In this document: one piece after another, positions 1 through 8,000 of the stretch
Numbering within the stretch: the first letter of the stretch is position 1
Layout: every line of letters begins with the position of its first letter
From: Patescibacteria group bacterium
GTDB lineage: Bacteria > Patescibacteriota > Minisyncoccia > UBA6257 > 02-FULL-45-10c
Direction: 5' to 3'
Assembly (NCBI GenBank): GCA_018969615.1
Contig: JAGWYA010000002.1
Coordinates: 3,070-67,069 of the forward strand
Length of the DNA stretch: 64,000 nt
Program-made: the position numbers and the translations under genes
The notes under the pieces: model-generated
The model's input: only the letters and a program-made list of their open reading frames with translations
Databases searched by the model: none
What the model was told of the DNA's origin: nothing

Positions 1-969
1 CGCCGCTTCCTTTTGCACTACAACTTCCCGCCGTACTCGGTCGGTGAGATCGGTCCATTCCGCGGCCCGGGTCGCCGCGAGATCGGCCACGGCAACCTTG
101 CGCACAAAGCGCTCCGCGCGCTCATTCCGCCGCAGGAAGAATTCCCGTACACGATCCGCGTGGTATCCGAGATCCTTTCTTCGAACGGTTCATCCTCAAT
201 GGCGACCGTGTGCGCCGGCAGCTTGTCGATGATGGACGCAGGCGTTCCGCTCCGCAAACCGGCAGCCGGTATCGCCATGGGTCTCATCCTCAGCGATGAC
301 GGAAAGGACTTCAAAGTGTTGACCGATATTCAGGGCCCTGAGGACCACCACGGCGACATGGACTTCAAAGCCGCGGGAACCGATGCGGGCGTGACCGCGA
401 TCCAGATGGACGTAAAGATCCAGGGTATCACGATCGAAATGCTCGAAAAGACCCTCGCACAGGCAAAAGAAGCGCGCCTCCACATTTTAAAGACGATCAC
501 CGGCGCATTGCCGGCACCGCGCAAAGAGCTTTCCAAATATGCGCCGAGCATCATCACGATCATGATCGATCCTGAAAGGATCGGTGAACTGATCGGCCCG
601 GGCGGCAAAGTGATCAACGGCATCATTGAGAAGACCGGCGCAACGTCGATCGACATCGAAGATGACGGCCATGTCTTCATCACCGCAAAGGACCAGGAAA
701 CCGGCAAGAGAGCGCTCGCCGAAGTCGAAGGCATCATGAAAGAGTATAAGATCGGCGATGTCGTTGAAGGAACGGTTGTGAAGATCCTCGAATTCGGCGC
801 GATCGTCGAGTTCGCACCCGGCCATGACGGCATGGTCCATGTTTCCGAGCTCAAAGAAGGGTTCGTGAAGCGCGTGGAGGACGTCCTGAAGGTCGGCGAC
901 TTCGTCAAAGCGAAGATCGTCAAAATGGACCACGGGAAGATCGGCCTCTCCATCAAGCAGCTGAAGTAA
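1..969 (+). CDS. pnp: Polynucleotide phosphorylase (PNPase), C-terminal portion; the 5' end lies upstream of the window
   Basis: ORF 13..969 has its frame open to nt 1. The translation shows the second RNase-PH-like domain, a KH motif (GELIGPGGKVINGI) and a C-terminal S1 domain (GDVVEGTVVKILEFGAIVEF...GMVHVSEL). A strong terminator hairpin follows at 994-1038. Confidence 0.9.
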   Translation, partial: RRFLLHYNFPPYSVGEIGPFRGPGRREIGHGNLAHKALRALIPPQEEFPYTIRVVSEILSSNGSSSMATVCAGSLSMMDAGVPLRKPAAGIAMGLILSDDGKDFKVLTDIQGPEDHHGDMDFKAAGTDAGVTAIQMDVKIQGITIEMLEKTLAQAKEARLHILKTITGALPAPRKELSKYAPSIITIMIDPERIGELIGPGGKVINGIIEKTGATSIDIEDDGHVFITAKDQETGKRALAEVEGIMKEYKIGDVVEGTVVKILEFGAIVEFAPGHDGMVHVSELKEGFVKRVEDVLKVGDFVKAKIVKMDHGKIGLSIKQLK

Positions 970-993
970 TAGACTTGATAAGTTTGCGGCCAT

Positions 994-1043
994 AGTTTAT
1001 AAAAGATAAGACTCCACAGTGATGGAGTCTTATCTTTTTCAAA
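994..1043 (+). terminator. Rho-independent terminator of pnp (16-bp perfect stem aaaagataagactcca / tggagtcttatctttt, loop cagtga, then TTTTC)
   Basis: Perfect inverted repeat read directly from the sequence, immediately after the pnp stop codon at 967-969. Confidence 0.7.
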
Positions 1044-1060
1044 GGAGGAAAAGAAAAGAC

Positions 1061-1483
1061 ATGGCATCGTACTCATACAACGATGCGGGCCAGTTCATTG
1101 ACAGGTCAAAGATCCTTATCAGCGGACACGCACGAAGCCAATTCTTCGATCGTGTCAAAGAGGCATATCGCTTTTGCCAAGATCAGGGGGTGCGGGAGAA
1201 AAAAATGCTCAGCGTAATCGGCGCTCCGCGTCTCGCCACCTATGAGGAGGCGGATCAATGGATCCGACGGCTCTTAAACGAGGCGACCGCCCATAACGCC
1301 ATAACAAAAACACGGGGCGTGGATGCGGTCCTCGCATACTTGCGGACGAATGAGCGCGTCTTCTATTTACGCGCCGGTCATTGGCAGTTTGTGATCACGC
1401 CGCACAATGAACGCCGGGGTTTCTACGCCATTAAAACCGTCCTCTGGCTTGATGATCGGATCTATCAGCGCCTGCAGAGCTAA
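1061..1483 (+). CDS. Hypothetical protein (140 aa)
   Basis: ORF track 1019..1483. The track's upstream start (GTG 1019 / ATG 1022) lies inside the pnp terminator hairpin. ATG at 1061 is preceded by SD aaaggagg (1041-1048). No recognisable domain. Confidence 0.5.
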   Translation: MASYSYNDAGQFIDRSKILISGHARSQFFDRVKEAYRFCQDQGVREKKMLSVIGAPRLATYEEADQWIRRLLNEATAHNAITKTRGVDAVLAYLRTNERVFYLRAGHWQFVITPHNERRGFYAIKTVLWLDDRIYQRLQS

Positions 1484-1489
1484 AAGGGT

Positions 1490-1520
1490 ATCCCCAACGA
1501 ATTTGTTGGGGATTTTTGTT
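1490..1520 (+). terminator. Rho-independent terminator (atccccaac gaattt gttggggat + TTTTT)
   Basis: Perfect 9-bp stem followed by a T-run, directly after the stop of the 1061..1483 ORF. Confidence 0.6.
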
Positions 1521-1667
1521 ACTATGCTACAATAAAAGGTATACAACCCTCGGTATGCCGGCTCCGATCTGAGCCGCGTATCGCACGGCATTTAATAAAG
1601 TCGCTTCAACGAAATTAACATAATTAATCTGGTCCGCACGATACCGTCGGATCACCACCTACTACGT

Positions 1668-2825
1668 ATGGATAATAATTCACCTTTGGGCATGAATCAG
1701 CAGCCGGGAGGAATGCCGCCGGTTCCGCCGCAGCGGCCGACGACTCCGCCACCGCCGCCACCGCCGGAGATCACGCTCCGCACGATGCAGTCCGATATGC
1801 AGGATCTTAAGCAAAGCGGCGGAGCCGGATCCGCTCCGAAGCCGTTCACGCCTCCGGAACTGAAATCTGATCTGCGACAGTCAATGACCCCGCCTCCGAT
1901 GCCGAAAATGCCGCAGGGCAGTTTAGGCGAGCCGCGCCCGGCGATGCCGGCAGGTTCAGCAGCGCCGAAGATCGAAGCCGAAGCTCCGAAAGGAGGGAAC
2001 TGGAAAAAGATCGTCCTCTGGGGCGGCATCCTTATCGTGATCGTCGCCGCCGGCGTTGCAGGCTATCTCTTTGTTTACCCGGCGCTCTTCCCGCAGGTTC
2101 CGCCGGCGCCGCCTGCTCCGGTAGTAACCCCGGTCCAAACACCGACCCCGGCTCCATCACCGATGCCAGCCGCCCCGGTGACCGCTCCTGCGACAACGAC
2201 CGCAACCTCAACCGAGGCAACCGCAACGACGACGCTGAGCGCGACGACACCGGCGCCTGCACCGGCCCATGTTTCGCTTCTTGCATCCGTTGCAAACACC
2301 ATCCCGCTGACCATCTCGCCGCTTGACCTTGTGACCCTGAAAGCTGCATTGCAGACCGAAGCGCAAAAACTGGGTGCAACCGATACCCTCACCGAGGTCA
2401 CGCTTCACGATGCGAACGATCAGATGCTGACCGCGGGAAATGTCATGTCCGCGATCCTTCCTGATCTGACCGCAGGCACCGTCACGAATCTCTTCAATGC
2501 CGACATGACGACGGCGCTCTACAAGGACGCGAACGGCGTCTGGCCGGTCTACATCCTGCAGTTAAGCACGACCGCAAGCCAGGTAGCGGCACAGCCAACC
2601 GTGACCGGACTCGAATCATCGCCGAACCTCGCGAACCTCTTTATTTCGGCACCGGGCGCCGCAGCGGCAACCGCCTTCAAGAGCGGTACCGTGAACGGGA
2701 CTGCGACCCGCTATATGCCGTACACGACGACCGGCGCATCGCTGAACATCGCCTGGTCCGGAACGAAACTGGTCATCAGCACGTCATACAACGGCGTGAA
2801 AAAAGTTCTGAGCGACCTGAAATAA
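1668..2825 (+). CDS. Hypothetical membrane-anchored protein with Pro-rich N-terminus, one TM helix and a Thr/Ala-rich low-complexity linker
   Basis: 385-aa ORF; N-terminal PPPPPPPE tract; hydrophobic segment IVLWGGILIVIVAAGVAGYLFVY; TATATST-type low complexity. No enzymatic motif recognised. Confidence 0.5.
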   Translation: MDNNSPLGMNQQPGGMPPVPPQRPTTPPPPPPPEITLRTMQSDMQDLKQSGGAGSAPKPFTPPELKSDLRQSMTPPPMPKMPQGSLGEPRPAMPAGSAAPKIEAEAPKGGNWKKIVLWGGILIVIVAAGVAGYLFVYPALFPQVPPAPPAPVVTPVQTPTPAPSPMPAAPVTAPATTTATSTEATATTTLSATTPAPAPAHVSLLASVANTIPLTISPLDLVTLKAALQTEAQKLGATDTLTEVTLHDANDQMLTAGNVMSAILPDLTAGTVTNLFNADMTTALYKDANGVWPVYILQLSTTASQVAAQPTVTGLESSPNLANLFISAPGAAAATAFKSGTVNGTATRYMPYTTTGASLNIAWSGTKLVISTSYNGVKKVLSDLK

Positions 2826-2881
2826 CGATAGAATGAGATCGTTCAAAAAACCGCTTCGACTTTGGTCGGAGCGGTTTTTTA

Positions 2882-4423
2882 TTACACCTCGTCGCGCAGC
2901 CGGTAATGGAATGCTTCGCTGAGATGCTTCAAGGTCACCTGATCGCTCCGATCAAGGTCCGCGATCGTCCGCGCCGTCTTGAGCGCCCGATAATAGCCGC
3001 GCGCGGATAAGGTTTGTTTTGCATACAGTGTTTTTAAGAACTGTTCGCCTTCGGCATCAAGAGGGACCAGCGTATCGACCATGCGCGAGGTCATCTCGGA
3101 ATTCGTCATGATCGGGACCCCCGCCGCACGGAACCGCTCTTGCTGTCGCAGGCGCGCATCGGCGATCTGTTTTCGCATTGCCGCAGCGCCTTCCGTATCG
3201 CGCGTGCGCGCACGCAATTCATCAAGCTTCACGCGCGGAACTGCGATCTGCAGATCGATGCGGTCAAGCAGCGGACCGGAGATCTTCTTTTGATACCGGA
3301 TCGTCTCATAGGCGGAACAGGTGCATTCCTTTTCGTCATCCCCGTAATATCCGCACGGGCACGGGTTCATCGCCGCAACCAGGATGAATTTCGCCGGAAA
3401 GACCAGATTGTTCTTCACGCGCGAGATCACCACTTTTCCGCTCTCCAGCGGCTGGCGCAGCGCCTCTAAAAGATCACGCCTGAACTCGGGAAGCTCATCA
3501 AGGAACAGAACGCCGCGATGCGCAAGACTGATCTCGCCGGGGCGGGGATTCTGTCCGCCGCCGATGACCGCGACCGGGGATGCGGTCTGATGAGGGGACC
3601 TGAACGGACGCCAGCTGATGAACGCATCGTGCTTCAAAAGGCCCGCAGCGCTATAGATCTGCGTAACCTCAATGATCTCATCGTGCGCCGGCGGCGGGAG
3701 GAGCGATCCGAGCGCCTGAGCCAGCATCGTTTTTCCGGTTCCCGGACTTCCCTGCATCAGCAGATTATGACCGCCTGCCGCGGCGATCATCAGCGCGCGC
3801 TTTGCCGGCAACTGCCCTTTGATGTCCGCGATATCAACAAGATGGTGCGCCGACGAAAGCGATCCCCGGAGATCGGTCCGCGGCTGGAGAACGTTCGACG
3901 CACGTCCTTCAAGCATAAGAATAAGTTCCTGTAATGTGGCCGCGGGGAGCACCGAGACCCCTTCGACGATCGCCGCCTCAGCTGCGTTCGCCTTCGGGAC
4001 CACAACGGTTGTGAAACCGGCACGATGCGCGGCACGGGCGATGTTTAAAACTCCGCTCACGCTCCGGATCGCTCCATCCAAAGCGAGCTCGCCCGCAAAA
4101 AGCATCGCGGAAGCATCGAACGCTTTCATCTGCTTGGTCGCCAGGAGATAGCCGATCGCGATCCCGAGATCATATTGCGATCCGGTCTTCTTCACATCGG
4201 CGGGAGCCAAGTTCACCACGATCTTCCGGTTCTCCCGATTCGGCGGCTTCACGCCGCTGTTCTTCAGCGCCGAGCCGACGCGTTCTTTTGCTTCTGACAA
4301 CGATTTATCCGCAAGCCCGACGATCGCAAAACTATGCAGCCCCGAATGGATATCCGTCTCGATCTCGATCACCTGCGCATCGATCCCGTCAACCGATGCG
4401 GAAAAAACCTTGGAAAGGTTCAT
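2882..4423 (-). CDS. YifB/ComM family Mg-chelatase-like AAA+ ATPase
   Basis: 513-aa ORF. N-terminal Lon-like/ChlI domain, Walker A GSPGTGKT, Walker B VLFLDELPEF, CPCG zinc motif, C-terminal Mg_chelatase_C-like region. Confidence 0.85.
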   Translation of the reverse strand: MNLSKVFSASVDGIDAQVIEIETDIHSGLHSFAIVGLADKSLSEAKERVGSALKNSGVKPPNRENRKIVVNLAPADVKKTGSQYDLGIAIGYLLATKQMKAFDASAMLFAGELALDGAIRSVSGVLNIARAAHRAGFTTVVVPKANAAEAAIVEGVSVLPAATLQELILMLEGRASNVLQPRTDLRGSLSSAHHLVDIADIKGQLPAKRALMIAAAGGHNLLMQGSPGTGKTMLAQALGSLLPPPAHDEIIEVTQIYSAAGLLKHDAFISWRPFRSPHQTASPVAVIGGGQNPRPGEISLAHRGVLFLDELPEFRRDLLEALRQPLESGKVVISRVKNNLVFPAKFILVAAMNPCPCGYYGDDEKECTCSAYETIRYQKKISGPLLDRIDLQIAVPRVKLDELRARTRDTEGAAAMRKQIADARLRQQERFRAAGVPIMTNSEMTSRMVDTLVPLDAEGEQFLKTLYAKQTLSARGYYRALKTARTIADLDRSDQVTLKHLSEAFHYRLRDEV

Positions 4424-4623
4424 GAAATATGAGAAAAACCCGTGCCATGACGGGGTAAATAAAAAAGCCCGGAACCGACGATCCGGAGGAAGGGGTCAGA
4501 AAAACGTATTTTTCTGGTGGGACACATAACGTGGCGTACGGTGTGAAATGATACCTATCGTAATAGGGAAATAAGCTCTATGGCTTATTTCATGCACATG
4601 TTACTTGTAGTGAGCTTGCCGAA

Positions 4624-4965
4624 CTATTTTTTCTGCTTGCAGGCTTTGCAAAGCCGGGATTCGGGATCGATCTTCAAAACCTCAAGCGGGATCGCTTTGC
4701 CGCACTGCTCGCATTTCCCGTACTCTTTGCTGTCGATCTTGCCCAGAGCGTGTTCGATCTCGGCCAAGCGCTCCTTCAATGCGGTCGTGATACCAAGCTC
4801 GTTGCCGGTCTCTTCCGCTTCGTCGGCCTCTTCCGACATATCCTCGCCTTCGACGTCATCGCCGAAATCAGGCGTCTTTGAATGCCGCGCAACTTCCGCG
4901 TCTAATTCTCCCGCTTCTTTTTCCAGCTGCTCTTTCAGAGCTTGCATTTCTTTTTCAGTAAGCAT
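4624..4965 (-). CDS. DksA/TraR family C4-type zinc-finger protein
   Basis: 113 aa; acidic coiled-coil N-terminus then CEQCGKAIPLEVLKIDPESRLCKAC (CxxC-N17-CxxC), typical of DksA/TraR. Confidence 0.7.
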   Translation of the reverse strand: MLTEKEMQALKEQLEKEAGELDAEVARHSKTPDFGDDVEGEDMSEEADEAEETGNELGITTALKERLAEIEHALGKIDSKEYGKCEQCGKAIPLEVLKIDPESRLCKACKQKK

Positions 4966-5035
4966 GCCCTTATTCTAGTACAGCCGGCGGTTTTGTAAAG
5001 CGCCTTCCGGTACGAAAAACGCTATTTGACAGTGC

Positions 5036-5064
5036 AATTTTTTTATGGTACTCTATAAAACAAG
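5036..5064 (+). promoter_or_regulatory. Sigma-70-like promoter: TTGACA (5036-5041), 17-nt spacer, TGgTACTCT extended -10 (5056-5064)
   Basis: Consensus -35 hexamer and TG-extended -10 read from the sequence, about 75 nt upstream of the 5140 ATG. Architecture resembles the promoters at 43332 and 41563. Confidence 0.5.
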
Positions 5065-5139
5065 TTAGCCAGTACCTTGTACAACAGCAGAAGTGTCGTT
5101 AAATCAACCCCCAATACGGGGCAGGAGAGGTGTACGACC

Positions 5140-5907
5140 ATGAAGAACGAGTCGAGAGCGCAGGAGCTGGAAAAGAAGTACGGCCTCGTCTACAAGCTCG
5201 CCTCGAACGTCTCGACGACCGTCGGGACGCTGGAGAACCTGAAGCACAACGGGCAGGCACCGACGTCCGAGCAGGTTTCGGCGAGCGTCGAGGCGAAGAT
5301 GAAACTCCAGAGGGCCGCGATCGAGCTTTCCCCGAGGAAAGTCTCGGAGGTGGCGGAGTACGTCGAGCGGATGGCCTTCGCGTCGGCGATGGTTCCCGAG
5401 GGGAACAGACTCGTCTGGAAGCCCGAAGTGAGCTCGAGCATCGCGAACCGGCTCGTCTCGCTCCGGGAGGCGTTCGTCCTGAAGACGGAGGCTGAGGCGA
5501 AGCAGGACAGCCGCTGGAAGATCTGCTCGTCGCGGATCCTCTTCGTGCGGTCCTTCATCAACCTGGCCAAGGTGACGGGCTACGAGCCGCGCCACGGCAT
5601 GAACCCGCGCGCGGTGCGCGAGGTCCTGGAGATGGCGGACAAGCAGCTGAAGCATCTCGAGACGACGACGCTCGGAGACGCGGACAAGCGGATGAAGATG
5701 TGGGAGTCCGCGAAGCGCCTGCGGAGCGTCGCGCCGAAGCACTGGCTCGTCGAGAAGAAGCCGGAGCCCAAGCAGTACCAGGGCGAGTCCGGGTCGTTCA
5801 AGCTCGGCGCCGCGTGCGGCGTCGAGTCCGACACGACGGCCAATCCGTCCCCGAAGAAGGCGAAGAAGCGCCCGAAGTTCACCTCGGGCGGGGAGCAGAA
5901 GGCGTAA
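5140..5907 (+). CDS. Hypothetical lysine-rich protein (255 aa) with extreme GC-ending codon usage and a KKAKKRPKF C-terminal basic patch
   Basis: ATG 5140 preceded by SD aggagagg; ORF track 5077..5907. In a 37-codon stretch near the 5' end, 35 codons end in G/C. The long antisense ORF 5104..5997 is the usual artefact of GC3-rich coding DNA. A strong terminator lies at 5921-5957. Confidence 0.55.
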   Translation: MKNESRAQELEKKYGLVYKLASNVSTTVGTLENLKHNGQAPTSEQVSASVEAKMKLQRAAIELSPRKVSEVAEYVERMAFASAMVPEGNRLVWKPEVSSSIANRLVSLREAFVLKTEAEAKQDSRWKICSSRILFVRSFINLAKVTGYEPRHGMNPRAVREVLEMADKQLKHLETTTLGDADKRMKMWESAKRLRSVAPKHWLVEKKPEPKQYQGESGSFKLGAACGVESDTTANPSPKKAKKRPKFTSGGEQKA

Positions 5908-5920
5908 GCCGGCGACACAC

Positions 5921-5965
5921 GCCCCACCGATACCGATCAACTCGGTATCGGTGGGGCACCAATTT
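5921..5965 (+). terminator. Rho-independent terminator (16-bp perfect stem gccccaccgataccga / tcggtatcggtggggc)
   Basis: Perfect inverted repeat 14 nt after the stop codon at 5905-5907. Confidence 0.65.
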
Positions 5966-6095
5966 CTTACTGAGTGCACATCTGATGATCGAACCAAAGT
6001 TGGATCATGAAATGTGTTCTTTGACAGCTGGAAAATAGCACAGAGTCAAAACTGACCTGATTTGTTGACGCATACACCGTACCGAAGGAGGTCGT

Positions 6096-7535
6096 ATGAA
6101 CAAAAATGAGACCGGCGGAGCGTACTTCATCGCTCTCGGCGGCGGCAGCAACATCGGCGCAAAGATGCTCGTCCTGGTCTTTCCGCGGGAAAAGATGATC
6201 TTCATCTTCGACTGCGGCATCGGGATGTTGCCGAAGAACGGCAACGCGGATAACATCTACCTTTCAGATCTCGCGAAGTTCGCTGAGCTGATGGCGATGC
6301 ATCCCGGATTCCGGGTCGTGCTCATGCTCACGCATGCGCATATGGATCACATCGGCGGAGTTCCGCTTCTGAAGAAGCTCTACCCGCAGATCGAGATCCG
6401 CAGCACCGAGCCGACGGCCGGGGTCATGGAAGTGATGTGCCGGGATTCGATCAAGATCCGCAAAGGATCCGATCTGCCCGAACACTACACCGAAGATGAC
6501 CTCGTCAGATGTATAGAGTCCATTCATATCGTCCGGTCGGCTGACTGGATCGATCTGAAGCACAGCGGTTTCATGGTTCGGTTCGAACCCGCAGGTCATA
6601 TCTGCGGAGCCTCGACCGTCCTCGTGAAAACCCCGTACGGGATCTTCGCGGATTCCGGGGACATCAGCTTCTACGACACCACGACGGTTCGGGGTGCCTC
6701 CAAGAAGCTCTTCGACCAAGTTCGGTGGCTGTCGATCGAATCCACGAACGGAGATGTTTCGATCGAGGATCCGGAGACTGTCATGAGCGAGCTGGTGAAG
6801 GCGACTCTCGACATCAAGCGCAATAAAGGGAATAGCCTCATACCCGGATTCGCAAATGGCCGCGGACCGGATGTCGCGATCCGCCTCGGGAGAGAACTGC
6901 AGAAATACGGAATCAATGTGTGGTCAGGCGGGCTTCTCCGTCAAGTTACGGAGAGTCAAAGCAAGGCTCATTGGGGTTCCGATCGCCGCTTCCGGTATTC
7001 TTACCATCGGGGAAAGATGGGGAAACCGGTATTCAACCTGGAGCCTGAGAACGTTCGCTGGGTTCACGGATACAACTTCGGCGATATCGTTGATTCCTCG
7101 GGGAACGTCGTCGTCATTCCGAACGGGATGGTCGAGGCGGGGTACGCTCAGGACTTCCTTTCGGAATGGGCCGGGGACAGACGAAACGGCATCTTCATCG
7201 TCGGCTACCAAGCCGAAGGAACGAAAGGAAGGGAGCTTCTCGGCCTCAAGCCGGGCGGGAAGATCACCCTGACAAGTCCCATCAACGGGCACAGCGAGGA
7301 GATCACAGTGAACGCGACCGTGCGGCAGTTCCGTTTCTCAGGACACGCGGACGGCGACCAGCTCGCCGACTGGGTGCACCGGATGAACACGCACGACGGT
7401 CGTTCGCTCGACAAGATGATCCTGGTGCACGGAAATCCGAACGGACAGGAGGGTTTGCGTCAGAAAGCTCTGGCGCTGCCCAACAGTCCGAAAGAGATCC
7501 TCATCGGGAAAAACTGCGAGATCATCAAGCTGTAA
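6096..7535 (+). CDS. Metallo-beta-lactamase fold hydrolase, beta-CASP (RNase J / CPSF-like) family, divergent
   Basis: 479 aa. HxHxDH motif LTHAHMDHIGG; beta-CASP-type motif VGYQAEGTKGRELLG; C-terminal His (VHGNPNG). SD gaaggagg upstream of the ATG at 6096. Confidence 0.65.
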   Translation: MNKNETGGAYFIALGGGSNIGAKMLVLVFPREKMIFIFDCGIGMLPKNGNADNIYLSDLAKFAELMAMHPGFRVVLMLTHAHMDHIGGVPLLKKLYPQIEIRSTEPTAGVMEVMCRDSIKIRKGSDLPEHYTEDDLVRCIESIHIVRSADWIDLKHSGFMVRFEPAGHICGASTVLVKTPYGIFADSGDISFYDTTTVRGASKKLFDQVRWLSIESTNGDVSIEDPETVMSELVKATLDIKRNKGNSLIPGFANGRGPDVAIRLGRELQKYGINVWSGGLLRQVTESQSKAHWGSDRRFRYSYHRGKMGKPVFNLEPENVRWVHGYNFGDIVDSSGNVVVIPNGMVEAGYAQDFLSEWAGDRRNGIFIVGYQAEGTKGRELLGLKPGGKITLTSPINGHSEEITVNATVRQFRFSGHADGDQLADWVHRMNTHDGRSLDKMILVHGNPNGQEGLRQKALALPNSPKEILIGKNCEIIKL

Positions 7536-7540
7536 CGACA

Positions 7541-7578
7541 AGACCCCATGCACAACGTGTGTATGGGGTCTTTTTTTA
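7541..7578 (+). terminator. Rho-independent terminator (agaccccat ...13 nt... atggggtct + TTTTTTT)
   Basis: Perfect 9-bp stem followed by a 7-T run just after the stop codon at 7533-7535. Confidence 0.75.
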
Positions 7579-7599
7579 TTTTTGTATCATGTATTTCTT

Positions 7600-8000
7600 A
7601 AAAAACAAAAGTGTATTTTTTGGAGCATAAGAACCCGAGGATCTAAAAATACACTTTTGTTGCAACTTTAGGCTTATTCCCGCCTACTGCCCACTGCCTA
7701 CGCGCTACTCCCTACTTGGCGAATGGATTCAGAACCCATTTGCGAAATAGTTTCTAGGCGCGTTGCGAGGAAAAATGGAATAGCTCAAGAAGCAACGACG
7801 AGATCGCAGCATGAGCTGCCTCGAGGAGGAGCAACGAAGGGCTATTCCATTTTAACCGCAACCCACAGGGATAGGGTCAATTTTATTTATACCTTCGTTA
7901 CTCGTCAGAAAGGTAGCTACAGCTACGATTTCTTCCTCGCGCCTTACTCTAAATAAAATTGACCACTATCGCGCCAGTAATCTATTTCGCAAATGGGTTC
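7600..8000. repeat. About 400-nt non-coding region with four nested/serial inverted repeats; candidate structured RNA or decayed element
   Basis: Inverted repeats: caaaagtgtatttttt (7606-7621) / aaaaatacacttttg (7645-7659); aaaatggaatagc (7773-7785) / gctattccatttt (7840-7852); gtcaattttattta (7875-7890) / taaataaaattgac (7953-7966); outer pair gaacccatttgcgaaatag (7734-7752) / ctatttcgcaaatgggttc (7982-8000). The last pair overlaps the final codons of the M23 peptidase gene. Confidence 0.5.

Noticed and set aside
1019-1060. Upstream GTG/ATG starts of the 1019-1483 ORF
   Set aside because: These codons lie inside the perfect 16-bp pnp terminator hairpin (994-1038). ATG 1061 with an upstream aaaggagg is the credible start.
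330-1076. Minus-strand ORFs (330-1076, 487-993, 196-483) inside pnp
   Set aside because: They are antisense to an unmistakable PNPase coding sequence with KH and S1 domains, so they are spurious.
5104-5997. 297-aa minus-strand ORF overlapping the GC3-rich gene
   Set aside because: The antisense frame of a gene whose third codon positions are almost all G/C stays open by chance. The plus-strand gene has a promoter, SD and terminator; the minus frame has none.
7723-7956. 77-aa ORF inside the structured intergenic region
   Set aside because: It has no RBS, its reading frame runs through three hairpin stems, and its amino-acid composition is unremarkable, so a structured non-coding element is more likely.
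7600-8000. Possibility that the structured region is tmRNA, RNase P RNA or SRP RNA
   Set aside because: I looked for the RNase P P4 sequence (GGAAAGUCCGG, AGGGUGAAA), a tmRNA tRNA-like 3' end (GGUUCGAUUCC...CCA) and the SRP domain IV motif on both strands. Only fragmentary resemblances were found (cagaaccc; gcaacgacgag). None of the hallmark elements is intact.
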